Source: an uncultured bacterium
GTDB lineage: Bacteria > Chloroflexota > UBA5177 > JANWHV01
Direction of reading: 5' to 3'
Assembly: GCA_963827235.1 (NCBI GenBank)
Contig: CAWHAE010000016.1
Location: 544,001-608,000, forward strand
Length of the DNA: 64,000 nucleotides
Shown here: positions 19,546 through 30,013 of the stretch, in pieces
Position numbering within the stretch: the first letter of the stretch is position 1
Layout of the letters: every line of letters begins with the position of its first letter
Position numbers and translations under genes: made by a program
The notes under the pieces: generated by a model
Seen by the model: the letters and a program-made list of their open reading frames with translations, nothing else
Told to the model about the DNA's origin: nothing
Database searches by the model: none

Positions 19546-20814
19546 TCAGGGCGCGATGACTTCCATGCCAAGATAGGGCTGCAGGGCCTTCGGCACACGT
19601 ATGGATCCATCGGCCTGCTGGTGGTTCTCCAGCAGCGGCACCATAATGCGTGGCGAGGCGAGGGCTGTATTGTTCAGCGTGTGCACGTGGCGTACCCTGC
19701 CCGCGTCGTCGCGGTAGCGAAGATTGGCGCGCCGTGCCTGCCAATCGAACAGCGCCGAGTCGGAATGCGTCTCGCGGTATCGGTTCTCTGTCGGCACCCA
19801 GCACTCGATGTCGTAGCTCTTGACCTTGCCGTCACCCATATCTCCCGTGCAGACGAGCATCACGCGGTACGGCAGCTCGAGCGCCTGCACGATCTCTTCG
19901 GCATTGCGGAGCAATTGCTCGAGCCAATCCAGCGAGGTAGCCGGATCGTTCTCGCAAATGACGTACTGCTCGACCTTTGTGAATTGATGCACGCGAAAGA
20001 CGCCGCGCACGTCCCGCCCGAAACTCCCGGCTTCCCGTCGGAAGCAAGGCGAGAATGCGACCATCTTGATTGGGAGGTCTGCCTGGTTGAGAATCTCGCC
20101 GGCGTACATGCCGGTCATGCTCACCTCGGCGGTGCCCACCAGGAAGAGATCGTCCTTTGGCAGCTCGTAAATCTGTTCGCGGCCGCCCGGAAACTGCCCG
20201 GTGCCCACGAGCGGCGCCTCACGAGTGAGAGCAGGCACGACCAGCGGGGTAAAGCCCTTTGCCGTTACCTTGTCGAGGGCAAAACGAATCAGCGCGAATT
20301 CCAGCAGCGCCCCGGCGTTGCGCAGGATATAGCTGCGACTACCCGCTATACGAGCTCCGCGCGCCACATCCAGCATGTCCAGGCGCTCCATCAACGCGAC
20401 GTGATCCTTGGGCTCGAAGTCAAAGTGCGGCGGCTCGCCCCAGTGGCGGATGGCGACGTTCTCGTCCTCGCCGCTGCCTTCGGGCACAGACTCATCGGGA
20501 ATGTTCGGCACCCGAAGCATCAATGCCACCAGCCTGTCGTCCACCACCTTCAGCTCGTTCTCGCGGCGGGAGATCTCGTCGCCGAGCGCCCGGCCCTGCG
20601 CGATCAGCTCCTGCTTCGCCGCCGGGGTGCCTGCATCGCGCACGCTCTTCGAGACGCGATTCTGCTGCTCGCGCAGATCCTGAATGGCCTGCCGCTCCTT
20701 CATTACCTGGCGGTCCAGGTCCAGCAGCTCGTCGAGCGGCAGATCGCTCCGCTTCTTTCGAGCGGCTTCGCGCACTAGATCAGGGTTCTCACGAATAAAC
20801 TTCAGGTCGAGCAT
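19546..20814 (-). CDS. serS: serine--tRNA ligase
   Basis: MLDLKFIRENPD, GTAEV, CFRREAGS.GRD.RG.FRVHQF.KVE, HTLNNT. Confidence 0.98.
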   Translation of the reverse strand: MLDLKFIRENPDLVREAARKKRSDLPLDELLDLDRQVMKERQAIQDLREQQNRVSKSVRDAGTPAAKQELIAQGRALGDEISRRENELKVVDDRLVALMLRVPNIPDESVPEGSGEDENVAIRHWGEPPHFDFEPKDHVALMERLDMLDVARGARIAGSRSYILRNAGALLEFALIRFALDKVTAKGFTPLVVPALTREAPLVGTGQFPGGREQIYELPKDDLFLVGTAEVSMTGMYAGEILNQADLPIKMVAFSPCFRREAGSFGRDVRGVFRVHQFTKVEQYVICENDPATSLDWLEQLLRNAEEIVQALELPYRVMLVCTGDMGDGKVKSYDIECWVPTENRYRETHSDSALFDWQARRANLRYRDDAGRVRHVHTLNNTALASPRIMVPLLENHQQADGSIRVPKALQPYLGMEVIAP

Positions 20815-21066
20815 GTCTCTCTCTTCCTGGTTCTTCCAGCGCGCCACGCCGGCGGGCGCGCTACTCGTCAACTCCTCTTGGTCCCGTCCGTCCAGTGCCG
20901 CCAGCGCCGCCCAACCGGCAGCGGCTTTCGGTGTGGTTAAGTATAGCGGAAGCTGCCGCCGCTCCCGCTATTTCGGGCGATACATCCTGTCAAGAGATGT
21001 GTCCCGATATCTCGGTATCTCGACCTCCTGCGATCCGAGCCCGGGCATTCGTGCCGCCGGCCGCTC

Positions 21067-21519
21067 TCAACTCTTGAAAAGCCGCCGAACGCGCATCTCG
21101 AAGCCGATACTCTGCCAGAACAGCAGGGCCGAGGGATTCTCTTCGAGCACTGAAGCCGTCCAGATCTCGATGCCCCGTCGCCTAAACCACTGTTCACCCA
21201 GAGCTACCAGGGCACGCCCCGCACCCCGGCGGCGGTGTTCGGCGCGCACGTACAGCTCCTCGAAGGTGCCCAATCGCAGTCCAGGGCGGTACCAGAGCAG
21301 CTCTACGCGCAGCATGGCAAAGCCGAACAAGCCGGCGTCGTCCTCGGCAAACAGCACCGCCAGCATGCCCGTGGCAGCTTCCTGCTGACACGCAACGTAG
21401 TAGAGATCGTCCCACGTCTGCGCCGGATCGCCGTGCGGATCGAAGTCCAGGAGGTATTCCGCCATGAGCAGTCGCAAGACCGGCAAGTCATCGGGAAAGA
21501 GCGCTTCTCTGAGTCTCAC
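21067..21519 (-). CDS. GNAT family N-acetyltransferase
   Basis: LYVRAEHRRRGAGRAL acetyl-CoA motif, N..A..FWQSIGF; start uncertain. Confidence 0.85.
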   Translation of the reverse strand: MRLREALFPDDLPVLRLLMAEYLLDFDPHGDPAQTWDDLYYVACQQEAATGMLAVLFAEDDAGLFGFAMLRVELLWYRPGLRLGTFEELYVRAEHRRRGAGRALVALGEQWFRRRGIEIWTASVLEENPSALLFWQSIGFEMRVRRLFKS

Positions 21520-21596
21520 AACGACTCTGAACCCTCGAATCTGCCGCTGCGCATCGACTTCGGTGCCGCCTGCGCCATGACCGTCTCGGCAACGAA

Positions 21597-21625
21597 TTGA
21601 CACGGCGCCGGGTCGTCTTTATAAT
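21597..21625 (+). promoter_or_regulatory. perfect sigma70 promoter TTGACA-N17-TATAAT for tRNA-Thr(CGT)
   Basis: Exact consensus ~35 bp upstream of the tRNA. Confidence 0.88.
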
Positions 21626-21659
21626 TCCTTGCGCGGGACAGTGTACCGCACGAACCCAA

Positions 21660-21732
21660 GCCGACGTAGCTCAGTTGGTAGAGCAGCTGTTTCGTAAACC
21701 GCAGGTCGTCGGTTCGAGTCCGACCGTCGGCT
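21660..21732 (+). tRNA. tRNA-Thr(CGT)
   Basis: Acceptor GCCGACG/CGTCGGC, loop TTCGTAA, GTCGG-TTCGAGT-CCGAC T-arm; one T.C mismatch in anticodon stem. Confidence 0.93.
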
Positions 21733-21739
21733 CGTCTAG

Positions 21740-21779
21740 GCGAGGCCGGAACAGCGTCTACACGCCATTCCGGCCTCGC
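21740..21779 (+). terminator. hairpin downstream of tRNA-Thr(CGT)
   Basis: GCGAGGCCGGAA/TTCCGGCCTCGC 12-bp stem followed by TCATTT. Confidence 0.6.
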
Positions 21780-22042
21780 TCATTTACCGATTGCCTGCAC
21801 CCCGCTGGATCTGCTTCCGCGGTGCTCCCACGCCTATTCTGTGAGCGTGCCTCGCGTGATAACCGGATCTGCAAGCGAGAAGAGGCCGGCCCCGCGGGGG
21901 CCGTTCATCGATGGTGCCGCGGCAGCCCCTGCGCATTATTGTGTATGCTCCATGCTGGGTCCGCACAACGAGCGCAAGGCGTGCGGCGACCGCTTCTCGC
22001 CTGTTGGTCGCGGTTGACGACTCCCGCAGCGGAGATGAGGGC

Positions 22043-24484
22043 ATGCGATTCGGACACTTTGACGATCTGCGTCGCGAGTATGTGATCACCCAACCCGACA
22101 CGCCGCTCCCCTGGATGAACTACCTCGGGTGCGAGTCCTATTTCGGCCTGATCACCAATACTGCCGGCGGCTACTCGTTCTATCGCGACGCACGGCTCCG
22201 TCGGCTCACACGCTACCGCTACAACAACGTGCCCCTCGACGTGGGTGGAAGGTATATCTACCTGCGTGATGACGGCTCCGGCCAATTCTGGTCGCCTTCG
22301 TGGCAGCCCACGCGCACGCCATTGCTCGAGTACACCTGCAGACATGGGATGGGCTACACGGTCATCGCGTCGACTCGCGGCGGCGTGCGCGCCGAGACCA
22401 CCTACTTCGTCCCCATGGGCGAGGCACTCGAGGTGTGGCAGCTTCGCCTGACCAATCTGCGCCGGGAGGCGGCATCGCTGTCGGTGTTCTCCCTGGTGGA
22501 GTTCTGCTTGTGGGATGCCAACGACGACTCGACCAACTTCCAGCGCAACTTCAGCACCGGCGAGGTCGAGGTCGACCACGGGGTGATCTATCACAAGACC
22601 GAGTACCGGGAGCGGCGCAATCACTTCGCGTTCTTCGCTTGCTCGGAGCCGCTCGCCGGCTTCGACACACAGCGTGACACCTTCCTGGGCCCGTATCGTG
22701 GATGGGACAACCCCCTCGCGGTCGAGCGCGGCGAGGCATTCCGCTCAGAAGCACACGGCTGGGCTCCGATCGGCTCCCACCACATCAAGCTCGTGCTACA
22801 GCCCGGCGAAAGCAGGCAGGTGCAGTTCGTGCTGGGCTACCACGAGAACTCCAAGGACGCCAAGTTCGACCCACCGGGTTCGCAGGTGATTGACAAGCGG
22901 ACCGTGCGGCCTCGCGTCGCCCGGTTCCTCCAACCGGAAGCGGTCGCTGAGGCGCTTGCAACTCTGCGCCGGTACTGGCACGGCCTGTTGGCAAATCTGC
23001 AGGTCGAAACGCCGGACGTACACACCAATCGCATGGTCAACGTGTGGAACGCGTACCAATGCATGGCGACGTTCAACATGTCGCGCTCGGCTTCGTTCTT
23101 CGAATCGGGCATTGGCCGCGGTCTCGGCTTCCGTGATTCGAACCAGGACCTGCTCGGCTTCGTTCACATGGACCCGGTAAGGGCACGCCAGCGCATCCTG
23201 GATCTGGCGGCAACGCAGCTCGAGTCCGGCGGCGCATTTCACCAGTATCAGCCGCTGACCAAGCGCGGAAACCACGACGTCGGCACGAATTTCAATGACG
23301 ACCCCTTGTGGCTGATCGCCGGCGTGTGCGCGTACATCAAGGAGACGGGCGACTGGCCGATAACCGACGAGCCGGTCCAGTACGAGAATCGGCCGTCGAC
23401 TGAACAGCCGCTCTACGAGCACCTGCAGCGAAGCCTGAGATATACGCTCGACCGTCTGGGGCCGCACGGCCTGCCCTTGATCGGTCACGCGGACTGGAAC
23501 GATTGCCTGAACCTGAACTGCTTCTCGGAAACTCCAGGTGAGTCGTTCCAGTCCACCATGAGCCAGGACGGCGACGTCGCCGAGTCCGTATTCATCGCGG
23601 CCCTATTCGTCATGACCGCCCGCGACCTGGCCGATCTGGCGGAGCGCCGAGGAGAAACGCGACTGGCCGAAGTCTATCGCGACCAGGCGGCGCGCATGGA
23701 CCGTGCCGTGCACGAGCACGGCTGGGACGGCAAGTGGTTCTTGCGCGCTTATGATGCATTCGGCCGCAAGGTGGGATCCCAGGAGTGCGAGGAAGGCAAG
23801 ATCTACGTAGAGACGCAGGGGTTCTGCGCGCTGGCCGGCATCGGCCTCGACGACGGACTGGCTCAGACCGCCCTCGAGTCAGTCAACACCTTGCTCGCCA
23901 CCGAGCACGGCATCGTCCTGCTGCAGCCTGCCTATTCACGCTACTACCCGCACCTGGGCGAGATCTCCAGCTATCCTCCCGGCTATAAAGAGAACGCCGG
24001 CGTCTTCTGCCACAACAATCCCTGGGTGATGATTGCCGAGTCGAGAGTCGGAAACGGCGACCGTGCCCACGACTACTACCTGCGCATCAATCCGTCGGCG
24101 CGCGAGGAGATCGGGGACCTGCACAGGTGCGAGCCCTACGTCTATGCCCAGATGATCGCCGGACGCGACGCACCGACATTCGGCGAGGCGAAGAACTCGT
24201 GGCTTACCGGCACCGCGGCCTGGAACTACGCGGCAATCACCCAGTGGATCCTGGGCATCCGCCCTACGTTCGACGGCCTCTGCATTGCGCCGGTCATTCC
24301 GACCGCCTGGCCGGGCTTCACGGCCACCCGACTGTACCGGGGTGCCACGTATCGCATCTCCGTCAGACGAGAGGGAGTTGGCAACTGCCCGCAGATCACC
24401 GTGGACGGACGGGCAATCCAGGGCAACGTCGTGCCGCCGCCTCCGGAACCGCGCGAGGTCGACGTGCGAGTTACGCTGACGTAG
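22043..24484 (+). CDS. GH94 glycoside phosphorylase, probably cellobiose phosphorylase
   Basis: MRFGHFDD..EYVIT..TP.PW.NYLG, GRGLGFRDSNQD, ADWNDCLNL, GYKENAG.FCHNN, KNSWLTGTAAW. Confidence 0.92.
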   Translation: MRFGHFDDLRREYVITQPDTPLPWMNYLGCESYFGLITNTAGGYSFYRDARLRRLTRYRYNNVPLDVGGRYIYLRDDGSGQFWSPSWQPTRTPLLEYTCRHGMGYTVIASTRGGVRAETTYFVPMGEALEVWQLRLTNLRREAASLSVFSLVEFCLWDANDDSTNFQRNFSTGEVEVDHGVIYHKTEYRERRNHFAFFACSEPLAGFDTQRDTFLGPYRGWDNPLAVERGEAFRSEAHGWAPIGSHHIKLVLQPGESRQVQFVLGYHENSKDAKFDPPGSQVIDKRTVRPRVARFLQPEAVAEALATLRRYWHGLLANLQVETPDVHTNRMVNVWNAYQCMATFNMSRSASFFESGIGRGLGFRDSNQDLLGFVHMDPVRARQRILDLAATQLESGGAFHQYQPLTKRGNHDVGTNFNDDPLWLIAGVCAYIKETGDWPITDEPVQYENRPSTEQPLYEHLQRSLRYTLDRLGPHGLPLIGHADWNDCLNLNCFSETPGESFQSTMSQDGDVAESVFIAALFVMTARDLADLAERRGETRLAEVYRDQAARMDRAVHEHGWDGKWFLRAYDAFGRKVGSQECEEGKIYVETQGFCALAGIGLDDGLAQTALESVNTLLATEHGIVLLQPAYSRYYPHLGEISSYPPGYKENAGVFCHNNPWVMIAESRVGNGDRAHDYYLRINPSAREEIGDLHRCEPYVYAQMIAGRDAPTFGEAKNSWLTGTAAWNYAAITQWILGIRPTFDGLCIAPVIPTAWPGFTATRLYRGATYRISVRREGVGNCPQITVDGRAIQGNVVPPPPEPREVDVRVTLT

Positions 24485-24630
24485 GCCAATTATCCGAGTA
24501 GCCGGCAGCGCGGAGGGCGCCTGCGCGACCCGGGCGTCCCGCGGACCAAGCCGGAAACGGTGAGGCGCCCGACGCGGTGCAGCGCAGGATGGCGGTGTCC
24601 AGCTCGAGAAGCACATCGTGGAGACCTGTG

Positions 24631-26850
24631 GTGTTTGATCGCCTCGGCCGCACCATGTTCAGAGCACGCAGGCTCGTCGTCGTCGCGTGGCTGCTCGTCC
24701 TCCTATGCAGTATCCCGTTTGCCCCGCGCGCCAGCAGCGCGCTCAAGGGCGGCGGCTTTGCCAACGGCACAAGCGAGACCGACCAGGCGACTGCGCTGCT
24801 GGTGTCCGATCTGGGCTACTACCCGAGCAACCTGACAGTGGTCTTCTCCAGTCCCACGCTTCGAGCCGAAGATCCGCGCTTCCGCCGGGCCATGGAAGCG
24901 GCGCTCGCGCCTGTCGCCAGGCTGCCCAAGATCGCGCGCATCGACACCTACTACCACCGGCCGGCAGGTCTGGACTTCCAGCGGATGGTGTCAGTCGACG
25001 ATCATGCCGCGTTGGCGACCCTGCAGTACTCGGTGAGCTTCGACCAGGTGCAGACGCTCGTCCCTCAAGTGCGGACAGCCCTGCAGGGCTCTGCTCTTCA
25101 GACCTACGTTACCGGCGACGGCGCGGTGTTCGGGGACTTGCAGACGCTGTCCGGACAGGACCTTCAGCAGGTAGAGAAGATCACCCTGCCCGTCGCATTG
25201 CTCCTGCTGATCCTTGTGTTCGGCACGCTGGTAGCCGCTGCCGTTCCCATGGTGATGGGGCTGTTCTCGGTCGCACCCACCCTGGCCTTGCTGTTCGCCC
25301 TCGGGCACGTGACGGACCTCTCGATCTTCAGCCTGAATGTGACCACGATGATCGGCTTAGGCGTAGGCATCGACTACGCCCTATTCGTGACCAGCCGGTT
25401 CCGGGAAGAGGTGTACCGGCGGCCGCTGGAGGATGCCGTGGCCATCGCCATGGCCACCGCCGGCCGCGCCGTGATGTTCTCGGGACTCACGGTCATGATC
25501 GGCCTCTCAGGCCTGCTTCTGTTTCATTCCATGGCCCTGAGATCGATCGGACTGGGCGGCAGCCTGGTCGTCCTGGTGTCGGTGACGGCCGCGCTCACCC
25601 TCCTGCCCGCGGTCCTGGGCCTGCTGGGCACCAGAGTCGATACCCTGGCGATCGTTCCCTGGCGACAAGGCGGGGAGAGCCGGTTCTGGCACGGGCTTGC
25701 CACCCGAGTTATGCGCCGGCCATGGTGGGTGATCGTCGCAGTCACAATAGTCGTTGCCGTGATCGCCTCGCCTTTCCGCTTGCTGCATCTGAACGTGCCG
25801 GATGCCACCATGCTGCCCAAGAACGTCTCATCACGCGTGGGCTTCGATATGCTCGATCAGCGCTTCGAGCAGCGCCAGAACAACCCCATAGTGATCGTCG
25901 TGCAGGCCCACGACGATCTGCTCGCTCCGGCAGCCATGGGCGCCCTCTACGACTACGTGCACGCGCTCTTCCGACTGCCCAACGTCGTCGCGGCCCAATC
26001 CAGGAGCCTGGTGACGATCGAGCCCTTCAGCCGGTCCCAGTACCAGCAGATTGAACGCTTCCGGTCGTACCCGCAGGTTGCCCGCGCGATCCGAGAGTAC
26101 GTTGGCAACAACTGCACGGCGATCTCACTCCAACCGCGCAAGGGCCTCACCACGAGCCAGATCGATCAGGTCATAACCGGCGCCCGCGCACTGCCGATCA
26201 GCACCGGGCTGAAGCACTACGTGGGCGGATTCGACGCCGGCGTGATGGACTACCTGGACAATCTCTACGGCCAGTTCCCCGTGTGTATCCTGTTTGTCGT
26301 CGCCATCACCTATGTCGTGCTGCTCATTCTGCTCCGCTCAGCCATTCTACCGCTGAAGGCCGTGCTCATGAACGCGCTGAGCCTGCTCGGAGCGTACGGC
26401 GCGGTGGTCTGGATCTTTCAGCAGGGCCATCTCAGCACGTTCTTCAACTTCAGCGCTACGGGCTACGTCGACGAGATCACGCCGATCATCACCTTCTGCA
26501 CCCTGTTCGGACTGTCGATGGACTACGAAGTGTTCCTGCTCAGTCGCATCCGCGAACAGTACCTGCGCTCCGGAGACAACACGGCTGCAGTGGCAGCCGG
26601 CCTGGAGCGCACCGGGCGAATCATCACCAGCGCGGCGCTCGTGCTCGTCACTGTGGCCGGGAGCTTCGCGTTCACTGACATCGTGCTCATCAAGGCAATC
26701 GGATTGGGCCTGGCGATCGCCATCCTGCTCGACGCCACGCTCATTCGCTGTCTGCTCGTGCCTGCTACCATGCGCGTTCTCGGCCAGTGGAATTGGTGGC
26801 TGCCGCGATGGCTCCGTCCGCTGCTCGGAGGTACCATTCCTATCCGATAG
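24631..26850 (+). CDS. MMPL family (RND) transporter
   Basis: IGLGVGIDYALF..RFREE, FGLSMDYEVFLLSRIRE, TGRIITSAA, WNWWLP. Confidence 0.95.
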   Translation: MFDRLGRTMFRARRLVVVAWLLVLLCSIPFAPRASSALKGGGFANGTSETDQATALLVSDLGYYPSNLTVVFSSPTLRAEDPRFRRAMEAALAPVARLPKIARIDTYYHRPAGLDFQRMVSVDDHAALATLQYSVSFDQVQTLVPQVRTALQGSALQTYVTGDGAVFGDLQTLSGQDLQQVEKITLPVALLLLILVFGTLVAAAVPMVMGLFSVAPTLALLFALGHVTDLSIFSLNVTTMIGLGVGIDYALFVTSRFREEVYRRPLEDAVAIAMATAGRAVMFSGLTVMIGLSGLLLFHSMALRSIGLGGSLVVLVSVTAALTLLPAVLGLLGTRVDTLAIVPWRQGGESRFWHGLATRVMRRPWWVIVAVTIVVAVIASPFRLLHLNVPDATMLPKNVSSRVGFDMLDQRFEQRQNNPIVIVVQAHDDLLAPAAMGALYDYVHALFRLPNVVAAQSRSLVTIEPFSRSQYQQIERFRSYPQVARAIREYVGNNCTAISLQPRKGLTTSQIDQVITGARALPISTGLKHYVGGFDAGVMDYLDNLYGQFPVCILFVVAITYVVLLILLRSAILPLKAVLMNALSLLGAYGAVVWIFQQGHLSTFFNFSATGYVDEITPIITFCTLFGLSMDYEVFLLSRIREQYLRSGDNTAAVAAGLERTGRIITSAALVLVTVAGSFAFTDIVLIKAIGLGLAIAILLDATLIRCLLVPATMRVLGQWNWWLPRWLRPLLGGTIPIR

Positions 26851-27001
26851 CATGTCAGCGCTCGGGTGCCTGGCCCGGCCCTGATTGCGGCGCGCACAGG
26901 AGCCGGCTCCATGCCATGGCCGCGCCGGGAACATGGGCCATCCGCCGGCATAACCAACAGCGCCTGCACTGCCACCGTAGATATACAAGGGGGAGATCGC
27001 C

Positions 27002-27292
27002 ATGTACGTAGTTATGAACCATCTCGCCTGCTCCGCAGCCTATGCCGAGCACCTCGAGCGAGCGTTCCGGCAGGCCGGGAACATGCAAGGCGTGCCGGGT
27101 TTCGTCAGCTTCATGTTTCTGCGCCGCGACGAAGACGAGCCCGAGCGACGGCACTATGCGGCACACACCACCTGGGAGAGCAAGCAGTCGTACGAGGCCT
27201 GGTGCAAGAGCGAGGCTTTCACAGGCGCGCACGCCGGCGCGAAAGGCAGCCCAGTCGAGTCAAGCCTGGAGTGCTTTGAGTCGCTGCAGTGA
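27002..27292 (+). CDS. ABM-domain monooxygenase, IsdG/MhuD/HmoA-like
   Basis: VPGF..., WES..YEAW..SEAF..AH; Asn6/Trp67/His77 match the IsdG triad. Confidence 0.85.
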   Translation: MYVVMNHLACSAAYAEHLERAFRQAGNMQGVPGFVSFMFLRRDEDEPERRHYAAHTTWESKQSYEAWCKSEAFTGAHAGAKGSPVESSLECFESLQ

Positions 27293-27329
27293 GGCCGACC
27301 GCCTGGCCGAACTCGTGTCTTCTGCGATG

Positions 27330-28781
27330 CTACTGCCAGGGGATGGTGTAGAGCTTCGTGAACGTCATTGCGCGCATGGACTCGATCACACCCTCTTTCA
27401 CGCCCAGGCCGCTGTCCTTCGTGCCGCCGAAAGGCGTCAGCTCTGTCCTGTAGCCCGGCACCTCGCGGATGTTCACCGTGCCGCAGCGCAGCCCGCGAAT
27501 GCACCGATTAATCGACCGCAGGTCGTTGGTTACTACGCCGCAGGACAGGCCAAACGGCGTCGAATTGGCCATGGCGATGGCCTCGTCCAGTCCACGCACG
27601 CGGATGATGGGTGCGTACGGTCCGAACGTCTCGCATGCCACAAGCTCGCTCGACGGGGCAACTCTGTCGAGCACGGCCGGCACGATCTGCGCGCCCCGGC
27701 GCTCGCCGCCGCACAGCAGCACCGCCCCCTCTCGTACCGCAGCGTGCATGCGGTCCTCGAAGGTCTGGGCGTCGCGCTCGCTGATCACGGTACCCACGTC
27801 GGTAGCCGGGTCCATCGGGTCGCCGGCCACAAGCCGGCCGGCCGCCTCGACGAGCTTGCCGGCGAACAGGTCCGCCACCGCGGCGGTCACGATGATGCGT
27901 TTGACGGCCGTACAGCGCTGACCCGAGTTCTTGAAGGCACCGGTCGTGGCGAGCCGGACCGCCTCGTCCACGTCCGCGTCGTCCAGCACGATGAGCGGAT
28001 CGTTGCCGCCAAGCTCCAGGATCGCCCGCTTGTAGCCCATCTCCGCAGCGATGCGCTTGCCTACGTGGGTGCTGCCGGTGAAGCTGACCAGCTCCACGTC
28101 AGGGTGCCGCCACAGGAGTGGTCCCACCTCTTCCGTGGCTGTAGGAGCGAGCGTGACGAAAGTGACCATGCCGTCCGGCAGACCTGCTTCTCTCATGATC
28201 TGGGCCAGTGCGAGCGCGGCCAGAGGTGTCCGCCAAGAAGGCTTGAGCACCATGGTGTTGTTGGTGGCGATCGACGGCGCCACCTTGTGTGCCACCTGGT
28301 TGAGCGGATGGTTGAATGGCGTGATGGCCGAGACGAGGCGCAAGGGCTCACGGATGGTATAGGCGCGTCGCTGCTTGCCGTTGGCCGACGTGTCGCAGGC
28401 AAACACCTGCCCGTCGTCGCGTAGCGCTTCCATGGCAGCGAATCGGAACACGTCTTGCGCCCGGCGAAGCTCGTACTGAGTGTCCTTGAGGCAGAGTCCC
28501 GACTCCCAGGTGATCAGCCGTGCAAAGGCCACTTCATTGTCTTGCAGCCCGTCGGCGATCCGGTCGAGGATCTGTGCTCGCTCATGCCGCGACAACTCGA
28601 CGACTGTGTCGCGTGCGTGCTCGAGAGCTGCCAGCACGTCGTTTCGACTCAGTTCAGGCGCCGAGCCGATGACCTCGCCGGTATATGGGTAGCGCACCTC
28701 CACGGCGCCTGAGCCCCACGTCTCTTTGCCGGCAACCGAGGTTGGGAATCGAAAGACAGGACCGGACTCGATGACGCTCAT
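27330..28781 (-). CDS. phnY: phosphonoacetaldehyde dehydrogenase
   Basis: ALDH motifs ITPFNHPLNQVAHK, FTGS, LELGGNDP, NSGQRC, ETFGP; adjacent to phnA. Confidence 0.92.
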   Translation of the reverse strand: MSVIESGPVFRFPTSVAGKETWGSGAVEVRYPYTGEVIGSAPELSRNDVLAALEHARDTVVELSRHERAQILDRIADGLQDNEVAFARLITWESGLCLKDTQYELRRAQDVFRFAAMEALRDDGQVFACDTSANGKQRRAYTIREPLRLVSAITPFNHPLNQVAHKVAPSIATNNTMVLKPSWRTPLAALALAQIMREAGLPDGMVTFVTLAPTATEEVGPLLWRHPDVELVSFTGSTHVGKRIAAEMGYKRAILELGGNDPLIVLDDADVDEAVRLATTGAFKNSGQRCTAVKRIIVTAAVADLFAGKLVEAAGRLVAGDPMDPATDVGTVISERDAQTFEDRMHAAVREGAVLLCGGERRGAQIVPAVLDRVAPSSELVACETFGPYAPIIRVRGLDEAIAMANSTPFGLSCGVVTNDLRSINRCIRGLRCGTVNIREVPGYRTELTPFGGTKDSGLGVKEGVIESMRAMTFTKLYTIPWQ

Positions 28782-30013
28782 CTGTCGAGTACTCCATTCA
28801 GCAGGAGATCGTGAATGTCCGAATTACTGACGCCCGTGGCGTGCCTTGCCGCGTAGAGCGGCTCCAGCGCGCGACTGACGATCACGGGAATGATCTGCTC
28901 GTGACGGCCTCCATGCGAGCGCAGTCCACCCGCGATGGCCGCGAGGTCGTGCTTGCCGGCCGATTTGCCCAACGCGGTTCTCCTGTCGGCGGCGACCGAC
29001 AGGTCACCGATGCGGTCCGCGGGGTGCTTGTAGATCACAGCGGCCTCTTCCCGAGTCAGCACCTCCTCCACGCCTTGGAGACCGGCCAGTATCTCGCGAG
29101 CGCGCTCTCGTTGCGCTGCCGGCACGTGCACCCACGCGAAGGACCCCAGCGCGCCGTGGTGCACGACGTAGGGATCGGTAATCGGTAGCACCACGTGATA
29201 GTCCGCCAGACCGGCGGCATCGAACACGTCTTCCAGATAGTGCACACGAGGCGAGCCATCCGCATGCTGCTTGGCGTTCATGCCGTGGTCGGCCACCACG
29301 CCGACCAGGTAGCCAAGGTCCAGAAACTCACCCAGCAGCTCGTCGAAGCGCTTGTAGAACCTGTCCGCCATGTCCTCGCCCGGCGCCTGCTTGTGCTGCA
29401 CGAAGTCGGTCAGCGACACGTAAAGCAGATCGATCGGCCCGCTCCGGCGCGAGACCGCCAGGGCTATCTCCATGGCATAGTGGCTCATGTCCCATTCGTA
29501 CGGCCCGGGGTTCTTCCGACCGACGAGCGCCACCACGTCGTCCACGCCGAATTCCGGCAGCGAGTGCTCGTGTGCCTTCTCCGCGCTTGTCGCGGGCACG
29601 TCTCCCGCTGCCAGCAAGAGCCTCAGCTTATCCTTGGCCGTGACGCAGAGCACGCGCCGGCCGGCGCGGCGCATCTCGGCGTGGATTGACGGCGCGCGCA
29701 GGAACCGTGGATCGGTGAGCTGAACTTCCTCTCCGGACGGATCCAGGTAGTGGTTGCCAGCGATCCCGTGCACGCTGGGCGGAGCCCCTGTGACGATCGA
29801 GAGATTGTTGGGATTGGTAAAGGACGGCATCTGGCTCAGTCCGAGGTGGTAAGCGCCGCCCTCGCGAAGCATCGCTTGCAGGCGCGGCATGAGACCGCGC
29901 CTTATGCCGTCGTCGATGTACTCCGGCGAGCAGCCGTCGATTGTGATCACGGCCGTGGGCCGCGTTGGGAGCCGGTATGCCCGGCCGTTCACCGTGATGC
30001 TCTCAGCCGGCAT
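28778..30013 (-). CDS. phnA: phosphonoacetate hydrolase
   Basis: IDGC, MPSFTNPNNLSIVTG, TAKDKLR, TDFVQHK, ADHGMNAK, PITDPYVVHHGALGS, LRSHGG. Confidence 0.95.
   Translation of the reverse strand: MPAESITVNGRAYRLPTRPTAVITIDGCSPEYIDDGIRRGLMPRLQAMLREGGAYHLGLSQMPSFTNPNNLSIVTGAPPSVHGIAGNHYLDPSGEEVQLTDPRFLRAPSIHAEMRRAGRRVLCVTAKDKLRLLLAAGDVPATSAEKAHEHSLPEFGVDDVVALVGRKNPGPYEWDMSHYAMEIALAVSRRSGPIDLLYVSLTDFVQHKQAPGEDMADRFYKRFDELLGEFLDLGYLVGVVADHGMNAKQHADGSPRVHYLEDVFDAAGLADYHVVLPITDPYVVHHGALGSFAWVHVPAAQRERAREILAGLQGVEEVLTREEAAVIYKHPADRIGDLSVAADRRTALGKSAGKHDLAAIAGGLRSHGGRHEQIIPVIVSRALEPLYAARHATGVSNSDIHDLLLNGVLDR

Noticed and set aside
20815-21066. T-box leader upstream of serS
   Set aside because: No T-box (GGTGGNACCGCG-like) sequence or terminator found on the minus strand
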